A stretch of DNA of 55,405 bases, taken from positions 1 through 55,405 of the IMG/VR virus record IMGVR_UViG_3300008107_000064; one strand, given 5' to 3'. Numbering within the stretch: position 1 is the stretch's first letter; every line of letters begins with the position of its first letter. Positions 18,379-27,181 of the stretch are shown here, one piece after another. The notes under the pieces were generated by a model. It was not told the origin of the DNA and made no database searches. It was given only the letters and a program-made list of their open reading frames with translations. Source of the stretch: a virus (taxonomy: Duplodnaviria; Caudoviricetes). The position numbers and the translations under genes were made by a program.

Positions 18379-19231
18379 TGCTCAACATCCAATATTCAAC
18401 CGGCGCGCCGCGATAAGGTGTGAGATCAAGATCGGGCAAGTGCTCCTTGACGATCTTGGCATAAGCAACAGCGCCATCGCGCTTCGTCTTGGTAAGCTTG
18501 CGCGTGCCAAACATCGCATCCCGGCCAGACGAGATCTCAACCAGCTTGTCGAGCAGTTCTTTTTTCCGCTCTTCGTAAAGCTTGATGGCCTCGATCGTGT
18601 CGTCATACTCCGCAATGATCTGCGGCGCATCGAACTCGGCGCGCTTGGGTGCAAGATGGCGCTCAGGCTTGGTCACCTCAATCAGATACGCCTCATAAAA
18701 CGCGCGCAGCTCCTTCATGGCATTGGTGATGAACACCTCATCACGCTGCACAACCTCAAGAGCCGTCTTGCTGGGGCACCACTGGTAGAAGTCGCAGTAA
18801 TCGCGCCCGGTGACAAACAACTGCACCTGCATCTGCGCATAGTAATGCATCTGCTCCTGTGCGCTCTTGAAGCGGCCTTCGCCGTTGCGCAGGCTGTAGG
18901 GACACTTGATCTCGATCAGGCCATTGGTGCCGATCAGGCCGTCAGGCGATGCGCCGAACCAGTCTTCATACTTGTAGAACCCGCACAGATCGACCTTGCA
19001 GCCCGTTTCCATCTCGTACTCAACCAGCGCGCCGGGCTCGTTAAGTGTGCCCCACTGCGTGGCTGCGTTGCCTTTGAACTCCGATTCCGCGCCGTGATAC
19101 TCGCGCACCATGCGGCGCATGACGTCATCCGGCTTCATGAAAGGCGACAGGCCGAGGATTGCACCAACGCTCGATCCCGTCACACGCCCCTTGCGCTGTT
19201 TGAACCAGCCTTCACTTCTCTGTTCCATCAT
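18362..19231 (-). CDS. YqaJ-like (lambda-exonuclease family) recombination exonuclease
   Basis: 'QRSEGWFKQRKGRVTGS', 'GASPDGL', 'EIKCP', 'YYAQMQVQL'. Confidence 0.9.
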   Translation of the reverse strand: MMEQRSEGWFKQRKGRVTGSSVGAILGLSPFMKPDDVMRRMVREYHGAESEFKGNAATQWGTLNEPGALVEYEMETGCKVDLCGFYKYEDWFGASPDGLIGTNGLIEIKCPYSLRNGEGRFKSAQEQMHYYAQMQVQLFVTGRDYCDFYQWCPSKTALEVVQRDEVFITNAMKELRAFYEAYLIEVTKPERHLAPKRAEFDAPQIIAEYDDTIEAIKLYEERKKELLDKLVEISSGRDAMFGTRKLTKTKRDGAVAYAKIVKEHLPDLDLTPYRGAPVEYWMLSNGKEK

Positions 19232-19418
19232 TCTTTCTCCCAAACGTAATGTTGTTTTCTGCGCGAATGTCTTGATTGCGCCAAGACCAACAAGTTCCGT
19301 CCTGCTCAAAGCAAACCCAGATCAGATCATGCTCTGGGCCGTAATCAATCAACACATGCGCTAAAGCTTTACCCTGTGGTGTTACGACAGGAATTGCCGG
19401 GTTAAGTTGGAGGAGCAT
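19212..19418 (-). CDS. Hypothetical protein
   Basis: 'LQLNPAIPVVTPQG.ALA...IDYG.EHDLIWV' phage-type small protein. Confidence 0.6.
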   Translation of the reverse strand: MLLQLNPAIPVVTPQGKALAHVLIDYGPEHDLIWVCFEQDGTCWSWRNQDIRAENNITFGRKNDGTEK

Positions 19419-19713
19419 CTTTCTTCTCCCCTAGTGCAGCGCGGGCAATTGGTGCGGCCCAATGCAGTGGATACAGGTCACTTGTTTCAGCAATTTCACG
19501 CAATGCTTTTTCAAGTTGTTTAATACGACTTTCGTGCAATTTACGTTCTGCATCCATTGCGTTGGCATAGCCGCGTTGTTCTGCTTCAATCAGTTTCTCA
19601 TTAAATGACTCAATTTGAACAGCGGCTTTTATAGCTGAACAATAATCATGAGTGTTGTCGTCAAAGACTAGATAACAAGCATCGCGCAGCCGCTTCACAA
19701 GATCATCGCTCAC
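19402..19713 (-). CDS. Hypothetical coiled-coil protein
   Basis: 'DLVKRLR...LEKALREIA...ARAALGEK'. Confidence 0.55.
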   Translation of the reverse strand: MSDDLVKRLRDACYLVFDDNTHDYCSAIKAAVQIESFNEKLIEAEQRGYANAMDAERKLHESRIKQLEKALREIAETSDLYPLHWAAPIARAALGEKKDAPPT

Positions 19714-20063
19714 AGTCCTTCTCCCTCTTCAAAGTCCAGATCAACCTTGATGCAAGCGATGCGTGGAGCCACATCTTTACAAAAGAGATTGTCAGCTTCT
19801 TCTCTGTAATTGTGGGCAATTACTGATCTGTTTACATGCACATTCAGCCACACGGTGCGCTTGATGTGGGGGCGAACTTCAATGAGGTCTGCATCTCTGC
19901 TTTTGTAAAGGTTAGACCCATCTTTTTGCCAAATTGCAGCGTTCCACCTGTCTTCATAATCACGAATAGCACCATGAATAGGCTCTAAAGGGTGTCCATC
20001 AGTCGCATAGATGCGAACCTCACGGCCATCGCGGGTCTTATAGGTCTTGTCCTTGTTGATCAT
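19710..20063 (-). CDS. Hypothetical protein
   Basis: 'YKTRDGREVRIYATDG...IHGA...DLIE' phage-type motif. Confidence 0.6.
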   Translation of the reverse strand: MINKDKTYKTRDGREVRIYATDGHPLEPIHGAIRDYEDRWNAAIWQKDGSNLYKSRDADLIEVRPHIKRTVWLNVHVNRSVIAHNYREEADNLFCKDVAPRIACIKVDLDFEEGEGL

Positions 20064-20247
20064 TTTTTAGCACTCCGCAAACGACGGGAACACTCACAGG
20101 GTTGATCTGGTCATGCTTCAATAAAAAGCTCAGTGTCTGCTCAAGAAGCTGAATGCGCGACTCTTGATGTTCTAAAACAAGAGCCGCCTCATCCAACACC
20201 AGCAAGTCAGAACCGGCCAAAGACCTAAGCTGCTCACTCAGTGTCAT
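20038..20247 (-). CDS. Hypothetical protein
   Basis: 69 aa, ATGA overlap. Confidence 0.5.
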   Translation of the reverse strand: MTLSEQLRSLAGSDLLVLDEAALVLEHQESRIQLLEQTLSFLLKHDQINPVSVPVVCGVLKNDQQGQDL

Positions 20248-20597
20248 GACTTTGCCTCCCGCTCTTTCATCATGGCATCGGCAAGCTCGTATGCCAGTTC
20301 AGCGCGCTCTTGTGGGCTGAACCATGATTCATGCTTAGCCATGATCCCCGTCAGCGCCGCCATCGCGAACTGGTCGCGCAAAGTGAAGGGTTCTGGATCA
20401 ATGGTGTGTTTGATCTTAAATGAGTCTGGCATTTCATTAGTTATAAAGTCGTTGACTTTTTCAACGCTGAAAAAATTACGCCGACCAATTGTCATGTCTG
20501 GCTTGACGTTTTTCTTTTTCATCAAAATGTAAAAATAAGATTTGCTGATCCGAAGATAGTTTGCAGCTTCTTCAATTGTCAAAAGATTGTTGCGCAT
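20244..20597 (-). CDS. Excisionase-like HTH DNA-binding protein fused to a 'LRDxFA' domain
   Basis: 'LLTIEEAANYLRISKSYFY' and 'TLRDQFAMAALTG...AYELADAMM'. Confidence 0.7.
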   Translation of the reverse strand: MRNNLLTIEEAANYLRISKSYFYILMKKKNVKPDMTIGRRNFFSVEKVNDFITNEMPDSFKIKHTIDPEPFTLRDQFAMAALTGIMAKHESWFSPQERAELAYELADAMMKEREAKS

Positions 20598-20658
20598 TGC
20601 TCTGATCTCCTTGGATTGGATTAGGTGAGCAGTTTAGCCGCGTGCTCAGGCGGGACTG

Positions 20659-21171
20659 TCAGAACGGCACGTCTTGCGTGGCAGCAGCAGAAGGAGCAGC
20701 CGCAGCACCCTTCTTCGGCGACACAGCGCCGATCCAGTTGCCGGTCTTGATCTCACCGGTGGCGTTGTCTTCGATCTTCCACTCCATGACCTTGATAATC
20801 ATGGGCTTGTCAGACAAACACGCGCCGAGCGATTCATCAGTGGGCTCAACACCAGCAGCCTTCAGCTTGCCACCTGCGTTGAAGTCAATCGCGGCAAGCA
20901 TACGCATAGCCTTTTGCTTCTTGGCTGCTGCATCCTTCGCACGCGGGTCAGGATCCTTCACCCACAACTTCTGAAACACCTTGCGGTTCTTGTACTCGGC
21001 TGGCATCAACACCGTCCAACGCAGAGAGATGTACTCATTGTTGTCGCGGTCGCGATCCCATTTTGCTTCGTCAATAGATGCAAGGCAGCTCGTATCAGCA
21101 GGGATCGGCTTGATATCGCCGCCACCGCTCTCGAACTCACCAGTGCTTTCTTCAATGTTCCAGAAACTCAT
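20659..21171 (-). CDS. DUF669-like single-stranded DNA-binding protein
   Basis: 'YISLRWTVL...YKNRKVFQKL' with a 'DVPF' tail; follows the Sak4-like ATPase. Confidence 0.7.
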   Translation of the reverse strand: MSFWNIEESTGEFESGGGDIKPIPADTSCLASIDEAKWDRDRDNNEYISLRWTVLMPAEYKNRKVFQKLWVKDPDPRAKDAAAKKQKAMRMLAAIDFNAGGKLKAAGVEPTDESLGACLSDKPMIIKVMEWKIEDNATGEIKTGNWIGAVSPKKGAAAAPSAAATQDVPF

Positions 21172-21929
21172 GACAGTGCTCCAACAAAGTTTTTCAGGGG
21201 ATTGACACCGATCTCGACATTGATCGGCTCAGTGATGCCAAAACGGTTCTTCGAGACATTCGCAGCAGTTGCGTGACAGATCAGCACGCGCGTGCCGTCC
21301 GAGATCGCCTTCTTGCGCTCGCCTTCACCAGTGGTGAACGTCTCAAGCTTCAAGAAGCCAACCACGTCAACGTCATCGACATAGGCAGGCATCGACTTTT
21401 CATGCAGGCGCAAAGTGTAACGCATGTAGGCGTCATCATCCGGCGGCTCGATGCGGCTTGTGTCGGCGTGCGCCACAAAGACCGTATTCATGCCGCGCTT
21501 CTCTGCGAGGATCCCCGCAGCCTTCCGCAAGCGCGCGTGCATGGCCGCAACAGCATCGCGACCGGCACCATATCCCCCCAACGCCTGTTGGATGCCCTTG
21601 GGCTTCTTGGGGTCGTTCTCAACCACATAGGCAGCGAACATGCGCTCAAGCGCCGTGACCGAATCAACGATCAAGGTCTTGTACTCGTGCTCTTCATGGA
21701 TGAGGCCTTTCAGTTGCTCCCACAGCGCATCAGGCCCCGACAATGTCGGGAACGCATCAGGACGCTTGTCGGCGGGGATCGCCTGCAAACCGTCTTCAGC
21801 GCGGATCACGATGGGCTTGGGGAACGTGCAGGCAAGGGTGGTTTTACCCAAGCCGCTATCGCCACAAATCGTGACGATTACTGGGCGGTCAGCGGGTTTG
21901 CTGACCGTGGACAAAATGCTCATTGGCAT
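21168..21929 (-). CDS. AAA_24 / Sak4-like ATPase
   Basis: Walker A GDSGLGKT, 'YKTLIVDSVT', 'GGYGAG', 'SKNRFG'; SD AGGAG. Confidence 0.85.
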   Translation of the reverse strand: MPMSILSTVSKPADRPVIVTICGDSGLGKTTLACTFPKPIVIRAEDGLQAIPADKRPDAFPTLSGPDALWEQLKGLIHEEHEYKTLIVDSVTALERMFAAYVVENDPKKPKGIQQALGGYGAGRDAVAAMHARLRKAAGILAEKRGMNTVFVAHADTSRIEPPDDDAYMRYTLRLHEKSMPAYVDDVDVVGFLKLETFTTGEGERKKAISDGTRVLICHATAANVSKNRFGITEPINVEIGVNPLKNFVGALS

Positions 21930-21948
21930 TCTCCTTCTCTTCAACGGG

Positions 21949-21981
21949 TTGACCCTAGGCCGAATCCAGTGTCATTGTCAA
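21949..21981. promoter_or_regulatory. Overlapping divergent sigma70-like promoters
   Basis: TTGACC on + (21949) and TTGACA on - (21981-21976) in the divergent intergenic gap, with GAATC between them; -10 boxes are weak. Confidence 0.45.
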
Positions 21982-22020
21982 CAACACGCTGTGGCAAAAC
22001 AAATATGGACCTGTGAGGAC

Positions 22021-22221
22021 ATGGATAGACAACTCCAGAAGCAATACGAGGATCTGCACGCGCGCGTGGTCGCTGCGTTGGCCGATCGAAACCTCGCGAA
22101 AGTTGCTCGTCTTGTGGCTCTTCATGAGAACACGATCAGGTCGATCGCGAATGGCAAAAATAAAAAACCTGCCATCGAAACCCTTGAGATCCTTGCAGAT
22201 TATTTGTTCGGGAGTCGCTGA
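22021..22221 (+). CDS. Cro/XRE-like HTH regulator
   Basis: 'LAKVARLVALHENTIRSIANGKNKKPAIETLEILADYL'; SD GAGG; TGATG coupling to the primase. Confidence 0.75.
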   Translation: MDRQLQKQYEDLHARVVAALADRNLAKVARLVALHENTIRSIANGKNKKPAIETLEILADYLFGSR

Positions 22222-24470
22222 TGTACCGGGAATTTCGGGAGGCCGGGTACCGCTTTTTCGGGCTCTATGGCGCTGACAAGCATGGCAACTGCGCCTGTGG
22301 CAATAAAGACTGCAAGGCAGCCTACAAGCACCCGCTCGCATCCAACTGGCAGCATACGCCGGAGCGCGATGACGAGCAGGTCGAGACCATGGAGCTGACC
22401 GACCAGCTCAAGACCGGCTACGGCGTTTTGATTCGCGGGCTGTTCGTGATCGACGTCGATGCCCGCAATGGCGGCGTGCAGTCATACGAACGACTCAGGA
22501 ACGATTTCCCGGCTGTGGAAAAAGCGGGACTGATCGTGAACACCGGCAGCGGTGGCGGCTCGCAGCATCTCTATTTCACCCTGCCAGAGGGCATTGCACT
22601 CACGCAGCACCACCCCGACTATCCCGGCATCGACTTCAAGTCGTCTGGCTATGTCGTCGGCCCCGGCAGCCTGCACGCATCCGGCAGCCGCTACGAAGTC
22701 GCATACGGCTCGCCTTACGACATCGACAAGGCACCCGCCGACCTGATCGACCTGCTGCGCAAGCCTGAAAAGCACCGCGCCGAAGTGCAGGGCACCTTCT
22801 TCGACGTCTCGCACAAAGACCTTGCCGAGATGGTCAACGTGATCGACCCCGACACCGATCACGAAACGTGGGTGCGCTGTGGCATGGCGCTGCATCACGC
22901 ATCAGGCGGAACAGCCTTTGAGGTGTGGGACCAGTGGTCAAACCGTGGCACCAAATATCCGGGCCGCGATACGCTGGCCAAACGCTGGCACAGCTTCGGC
23001 AAGTCAGCCAACCCCGTCACGCTGGCAACGCTCATCCACTATGCCGAAGCCGCAGGCTGGCAGCAGCCGGTGACCTTCGAGGCCACAGAACAGTTCGACG
23101 AGCCCAGCCCCACACTCGACATATCAAACGTCAATTTGAAGCGCCCGCCCGGCTTTGTGGGCGTCGTGGCTGAGTGGATCGAGGACCAGAGCTTCCGCCC
23201 GCGCGAACATCTCGCAGTCGCCTGCGCTCTTACAGCCGTCGGCAACATCGTGGGCCTGCGCTACACCGACGATGTCAACAATGTCTCGACCAACCTCTTC
23301 ACCTTCTGCGTGGCGGCTTCTGGCTCCGGCAAGGAACCGATCCAGCAGGCCATGGCGCAGGTGCTTCGGGCAGCGCGGATTCAGCAGGCAGTGCATGGCA
23401 CGATCAAGTCGGAGCAGGAGATCGTGCGCAACATGGTCGATCATCAGGCGGCCATGTTCATCGTCGATGAGATCGGCATCTTCCTGAAAAAGGTCAAGAA
23501 CGCTCAGCTCAAGGGCGGCGCCTCCTATCTCGACGGCGTGATCGGCGCGCTCATGTCGGCCTATTCCAAGGCCAATGGCTTCTTCCTGCTGAGCGGCGAT
23601 CTCAAGAAAGAAATCCGCAAGGGCCTGAAGGGAGAGCTGCAACAGCTTGAGAAGCAGGAGAACCCTTCGCCTGCCATCATCTCCCGCGCGGCAGCCGTTC
23701 GGCGCGCTCTGGAGACCATAGATTTCGGTCTGGAGCGCCCCTTCGTGAGCCTGTGTGGCTTTACCACCCCTGAGACCTTTGACGAGCTGGTGGACTTCTA
23801 CAACGCGACCAATGGCTTCATTGGCCGGTCCCTGCTCTTCAACGAGCGCGAGACAACACCGCCCCGCAAGAAGAAGTTCAAGCAGCGCCCCATGCCCGAA
23901 GACCTGCGCCGGTCGCTGGAAGATCTTTACGCTGCCGGGAGCTGCGACCTGACCGGCACGCAGCGTGTCGAGTATTACGGCGACAAGATCCACGTTCCGA
24001 CCACACCGGGCGGCGTGGAGCTGTTGGAGAAGGTGTCGGACGCCTTCGAGGCCATGGCGGAAGAGGCCAAGGCCGCGACCGGGCTGGAGGCGCTCGCCAT
24101 GCGTGCCTATGAGCAGGTCGCCAAGGTCTCGCTGATCCTCGCGGTGCCGGGCGGCATCCGCACCGAGGAACACATCCTGTGGGCCTTCGCTCTGGTCAAG
24201 CGCGACCTTGAAGAAAAGGGCCGCCTCGTCACGTCTAATGAACGGGTGAAGGATGCACCGGCGGAGGCGCTGCGTGCGCGCTTGCTGAACCTGATCTCCG
24301 GCGACGAGGGCGAGACCCTTGGTGTGATCTGCAACCGCATGAGGAAATATCGCAAGGCCGACATTGAGAAAGCGCTGGCTGAGATGGTGAAGGCCAAGAA
24401 GGCCGAGATCCTTGAGACCAAGCACCGCTTCAACGGCTCGACGATCAAGCGATACAAGGCCACCAGTTAG
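22221..24470 (+). CDS. Bifunctional primase-polymerase with PriCT-2 and C-terminal helicase-like domain
   Basis: CxC..C..KHP; 'VIDVDARNGG'; 'TGSGGGSQHLYF'; 'YVVGPGSLHASG'; PriCT-2 'WVRCGMALH...WDQWS'; 'ASGSGKE'; 'DEIG'. Confidence 0.85.
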   Translation: MYREFREAGYRFFGLYGADKHGNCACGNKDCKAAYKHPLASNWQHTPERDDEQVETMELTDQLKTGYGVLIRGLFVIDVDARNGGVQSYERLRNDFPAVEKAGLIVNTGSGGGSQHLYFTLPEGIALTQHHPDYPGIDFKSSGYVVGPGSLHASGSRYEVAYGSPYDIDKAPADLIDLLRKPEKHRAEVQGTFFDVSHKDLAEMVNVIDPDTDHETWVRCGMALHHASGGTAFEVWDQWSNRGTKYPGRDTLAKRWHSFGKSANPVTLATLIHYAEAAGWQQPVTFEATEQFDEPSPTLDISNVNLKRPPGFVGVVAEWIEDQSFRPREHLAVACALTAVGNIVGLRYTDDVNNVSTNLFTFCVAASGSGKEPIQQAMAQVLRAARIQQAVHGTIKSEQEIVRNMVDHQAAMFIVDEIGIFLKKVKNAQLKGGASYLDGVIGALMSAYSKANGFFLLSGDLKKEIRKGLKGELQQLEKQENPSPAIISRAAAVRRALETIDFGLERPFVSLCGFTTPETFDELVDFYNATNGFIGRSLLFNERETTPPRKKKFKQRPMPEDLRRSLEDLYAAGSCDLTGTQRVEYYGDKIHVPTTPGGVELLEKVSDAFEAMAEEAKAATGLEALAMRAYEQVAKVSLILAVPGGIRTEEHILWAFALVKRDLEEKGRLVTSNERVKDAPAEALRARLLNLISGDEGETLGVICNRMRKYRKADIEKALAEMVKAKKAEILETKHRFNGSTIKRYKATS

Positions 24471-24483
24471 GTGGCCTTTTTTT
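24456..24483 (+). terminator. Rho-independent terminator
   Basis: AAGGCCACC-AGTTA-GGTGGCCTT followed by a T run. Confidence 0.75.
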
Positions 24484-24698
24484 CATGCAGTTCGCCAAAC
24501 CTTTAAGACGTCGCCGTCTTTTTTGCTTTTGAACTTTTTCCCGTTTTTGTGACCATATGTATGGCAAGCGGCCTGAGCTTTTTTGATTGCATCAGGATCA
24601 TCAATGATGGCGCAGTCGCCAACATCCATCATTTTCCATGGCCAAACTAAGCGGCTTTCATCGACCGGGATGAGGCTATCTTTTATAATTGTAAACAT
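24483..24698 (-). CDS. Small hypothetical protein
   Basis: 'WPWKMMDVGD...LKVWRTA'; SD AGGAG; AT-rich. Confidence 0.6.
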   Translation of the reverse strand: MFTIIKDSLIPVDESRLVWPWKMMDVGDCAIIDDPDAIKKAQAACHTYGHKNGKKFKSKKDGDVLKVWRTA

Positions 24699-24699
24699 G

Positions 24700-24962
24700 G
24701 ATATCTCCTTTCGTTTTATATTTATGTAATGTTTTGTTATTTCGGTCAACCGATAGCAGGTGCTTAGTGCATAGTTTTGTAGTTAGTAGGCTAAGTTGTT
24801 GAAATCATTATTTTTTAGTGCCGAGTGCTTAGTTCTCTATATAGAAAAAAATCTCTTCAAAAAAACCCATGAGATTAGGAGAGATTAGAAAGTAGTATTA
24901 GACTCGTTTTTGGGCATTAAAAATATGAATATAGATAAATAACTATCTACTACTAACACTAT
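24700..24962. other. AT-rich non-coding region, putative replication origin
   Basis: Most AT-rich stretch in the window; lies just downstream of the primase; short repeats (GAGATTAG x2, GTGCTTAGT x2, TAGTA-like units). Confidence 0.45.
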
Positions 24963-24988
24963 AAAAAGCCCAGTTTTCCGGGCTTTTG
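24963..24988. terminator. Terminator for the early minus-strand genes
   Basis: AAAAAGCCC...GGGCTTTT inverted repeat. Confidence 0.6.
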
Positions 24989-24991
24989 TGT

Positions 24992-25210
24992 TTAGCGCGG
25001 CGCTGCTAAGTGCTTGCTAAGCGCCCGGCCCAACCAAGCCTCGTCGATGCGGCCATCGTCGAGCGCTTCGAGCAGCAGCTCGGTCGAGCGCGGCAGCGGG
25101 CGTATGCCATGCACCCATTGGTGGACCGCACGCTCAGTGCGGCCCGTGATGAAGGCGAGATCCTTGTGGCGGATGTTGTGCTTGCGCAGGAGCGTTTGCA
25201 GGTCAGTCAT
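24992..25210 (-). CDS. HTH DNA-binding protein
   Basis: 'HKDLAFITGRTERAVHQWVHGIRPLP'. Confidence 0.7.
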   Translation of the reverse strand: MTDLQTLLRKHNIRHKDLAFITGRTERAVHQWVHGIRPLPRSTELLLEALDDGRIDEAWLGRALSKHLAAPR

Positions 25211-25298
25211 TGTCGAGCTTCACAGGGAACAGGAGGAACACGATGCCTGCCCAGATCAGGAAGGCGATGGCGACGATGATGATGGTCTCTACGAGCAT
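25203..25298 (-). CDS. 31-aa single-pass membrane peptide (not in the ORF track)
   Basis: MLVETIIIVAIAFLIWAGIVFLLFPVKLDND; SD GGAGG upstream; overlaps both neighbours. Confidence 0.55.
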   Translation of the reverse strand: MLVETIIIVAIAFLIWAGIVFLLFPVKLDND

Positions 25299-25432
25299 TG
25301 GAGGGCCTCCAGAGCCTCAAGGCTGGTCAGGTGGTGGCTCAGGCCGCCAGCGGGCGTCAATGCCCGCCAGCGGCCATCCTTGGAACGCTTAACCCATCCA
25401 AGAAGCTTGCCTTGCCAATAGAAGGTCATCAT
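25289..25432 (-). CDS. Small hypothetical protein
   Basis: MMTFYWQGKLLGWVKR...; ATGA overlap. Confidence 0.5.
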   Translation of the reverse strand: MMTFYWQGKLLGWVKRSKDGRWRALTPAGGLSHHLTSLEALEALQCS

Positions 25433-25629
25433 GGCTGCACCACCCGGCATAGGGCCTTGCGGATGAGGTGTTCGCGGGCCTTGGCCTTCGGCACAAAGCG
25501 CACCTTGATCGTGTTGCCCTCGGCATAGCGCTCGCGCTTCACAGGCGTGCCCAGCCAAACGTGGGGGAGGTTGGGGTCCGCACACTCGCGGACCCGGTAG
25601 AGCTGGTTGGCGTTAGTTTCGATGATCAT
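25429..25629 (-). CDS. Small hypothetical protein
   Basis: MIIETNANQLYRV...; SD GAGG; ATGA overlap. Confidence 0.55.
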   Translation of the reverse strand: MIIETNANQLYRVRECADPNLPHVWLGTPVKRERYAEGNTIKVRFVPKAKAREHLIRKALCRVVQP

Positions 25630-25904
25630 TTGTGAACCTCGATATTGACGGTGGGCTTCACGCGGACGGTTTCGATCAGGGTGGTCTTGGAGCACTCGAT
25701 GATCTGGGCCGGGGTCAGGATGGCCTTCACGGCCTTCTGGTCGAGCGCCACGCGCTCCGACAGGCCGACAGAGACGATGGCGTGCTCGCCGATGATTTCG
25801 TCGCGGCCAGTGGCCTTGATCTCGGCCTTGCACTCGTCCAACAGGCGGGTGAGGGCGTCGATCTCGTTCTTGAGGGCGAAGTAGCGGTCAGCAAGGTTGG
25901 TCAT
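25626..25904 (-). CDS. Hypothetical early protein
   Basis: Preceded by the conserved GGAGACCAAACCA leader. Confidence 0.65.
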   Translation of the reverse strand: MTNLADRYFALKNEIDALTRLLDECKAEIKATGRDEIIGEHAIVSVGLSERVALDQKAVKAILTPAQIIECSKTTLIETVRVKPTVNIEVHK

Positions 25905-25958
25905 TGGTTTGGTCTCCGTTGGTCTATGATTCTGTGTACCAGAACTTTGTTCCGGTCG

Positions 25959-26108
25959 TCAACCTAAAATATTTTGCAGGTGGGCATAAAGGTGCGCGGC
26001 GCCGTTGCCGGTCTGCGTGTCCTCAACGTCCGTGTAGTTGTCGATGAAGTCCAAGGCCTCCTGCAAGGCAGCCTCCAGTTCGATGATGCGCTTCTGTTCT
26101 TCGGTCAT
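25959..26108 (-). CDS. Hypothetical early protein
   Basis: GGAGACCAGACCA leader before MTEEQK. Confidence 0.6.
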   Translation of the reverse strand: MTEEQKRIIELEAALQEALDFIDNYTDVEDTQTGNGAAHLYAHLQNILG

Positions 26109-26121
26109 TGGTCTGGTCTCC

Positions 26122-26364
26122 TCAGTCTTCGTAGCAGGCTTCTTCGGCGGTCCACTTGATCTGCTCCCAAATGGTGGACTGAAGGTCGTCAACAGTCACA
26201 GTGATCGGCAGCGGCTCACCGTCCTCGTCGGTGAGCTTAATCTTCCAGCCGGTCACGTCGATGATGCCGTCGCGGTCAAAACGAAGATCCACAGTGCCGT
26301 CTGCATACACGACGCCAGAGCGGTGGGGGACGATGATCTCTTCGAAAGTGTAGGTGTGCCACAT
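26122..26364 (-). CDS. Hypothetical early protein
   Basis: Conserved leader and promoter repeat upstream. Confidence 0.65.
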   Translation of the reverse strand: MWHTYTFEEIIVPHRSGVVYADGTVDLRFDRDGIIDVTGWKIKLTDEDGEPLPITVTVDDLQSTIWEQIKWTAEEACYED

Positions 26365-26441
26365 GGGGTTGGTCTCCGGTTGGTCTGATATTCACAATAA
26401 GCATTTCGCGATTCGGTGCAAGAACTTTTTTCTGGTCCCCC

Positions 26442-27065
26442 TCACTTTTGTGAGGGGCGGGTGATAATGGTCTGGGCGACGCCATCGCGGTAGTCGTGCG
26501 CCTTGATGGTCGCCTTCACAACGATGTTGTCGCCACGCTCGCCGAGCTGCTTCGAGCCCTTATAGACCACCACATTGCCGTCAGCGTCTTCGCAGACATG
26601 GACGAAGGTGAAGCCGAACTGGGTCTCGAAGCTGGTGGTGAACTTGATGCCCAGATCGAACTCGCGGCGCTCGCCGACGGTGCCAATGTGCTTGGCGCTC
26701 TCGCGCTTGGCAGCAATGGTCGCTTCGCGCTTGGCAAGGCGCTCGACAGCGCCGTCAATCAGGCGCAGGCAGGCTGCTTCCTGACCGGATGTGAGGCGGC
26801 CCCAGTCGCACAGGCTGGTGTAAAGCTTGCCGTAAAACTCACCGGCAGCAGCCTTCACCGTGGGGTGCTGGCCAGACGTGCGATCGAACTCACCAAGCTC
26901 GAACAGAAAGTCGATGCAGCGCTGGGCGGTCGGGCTTTCCTTCAGCCAGCGGGCGCGGGCACCCTTGGCGCGGTTGGCTGCAATGCGAGCATGCGCAGCA
27001 GCGATATACTTGGCGTGGTTCTCAATATGGTCCGGCACTTCGATGTGGGGGAAAGTCTGGCTCAT
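26442..27065 (-). CDS. Early protein with C-terminal OB-fold-like domain
   Basis: Start MSQTF after the leader; 'IGTVGERREF...DADGNVVVYKG...VKATIKAH..RDGVAQTIITRP'. Confidence 0.65.
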   Translation of the reverse strand: MSQTFPHIEVPDHIENHAKYIAAAHARIAANRAKGARARWLKESPTAQRCIDFLFELGEFDRTSGQHPTVKAAAGEFYGKLYTSLCDWGRLTSGQEAACLRLIDGAVERLAKREATIAAKRESAKHIGTVGERREFDLGIKFTTSFETQFGFTFVHVCEDADGNVVVYKGSKQLGERGDNIVVKATIKAHDYRDGVAQTIITRPSQK

Positions 27066-27141
27066 TGGGCTGGTCTCCGTTGGTCGATGACCCTTTGTCT
27101 CATGATTCGGTTTTAGAGACAAGAACTTTTTTCTGGTCGGC

Positions 27142-27167
27142 AAAGGCCGGCAATTGAATTACCGGCC
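27142..27167 (-). terminator. Rho-independent terminator
   Basis: Minus strand GGCCGGUAAU-UCA-AUUGCCGGCC-UUU. Confidence 0.55.
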
Positions 27168-27181
27168 CAGCTTTGGTCAGG

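Noticed and set aside
20244-20597. Excisionase implying an integrating prophage
   Set aside because: No integrase, att site or host flanking genes were recognised; this HTH type is a common regulator.
20597-20661. Stop-codon readthrough from SSB into the HTH gene via the pseudoknot
   Set aside because: The two genes are 64 nt apart and out of frame.
23124-24425. 433-aa antisense ORF, and similar ones at 16510, 18350, 33706, 35653 and 41048
   Set aside because: They shadow well-supported genes on the opposite strand, as expected from GC-rich codon bias, and show no motifs.
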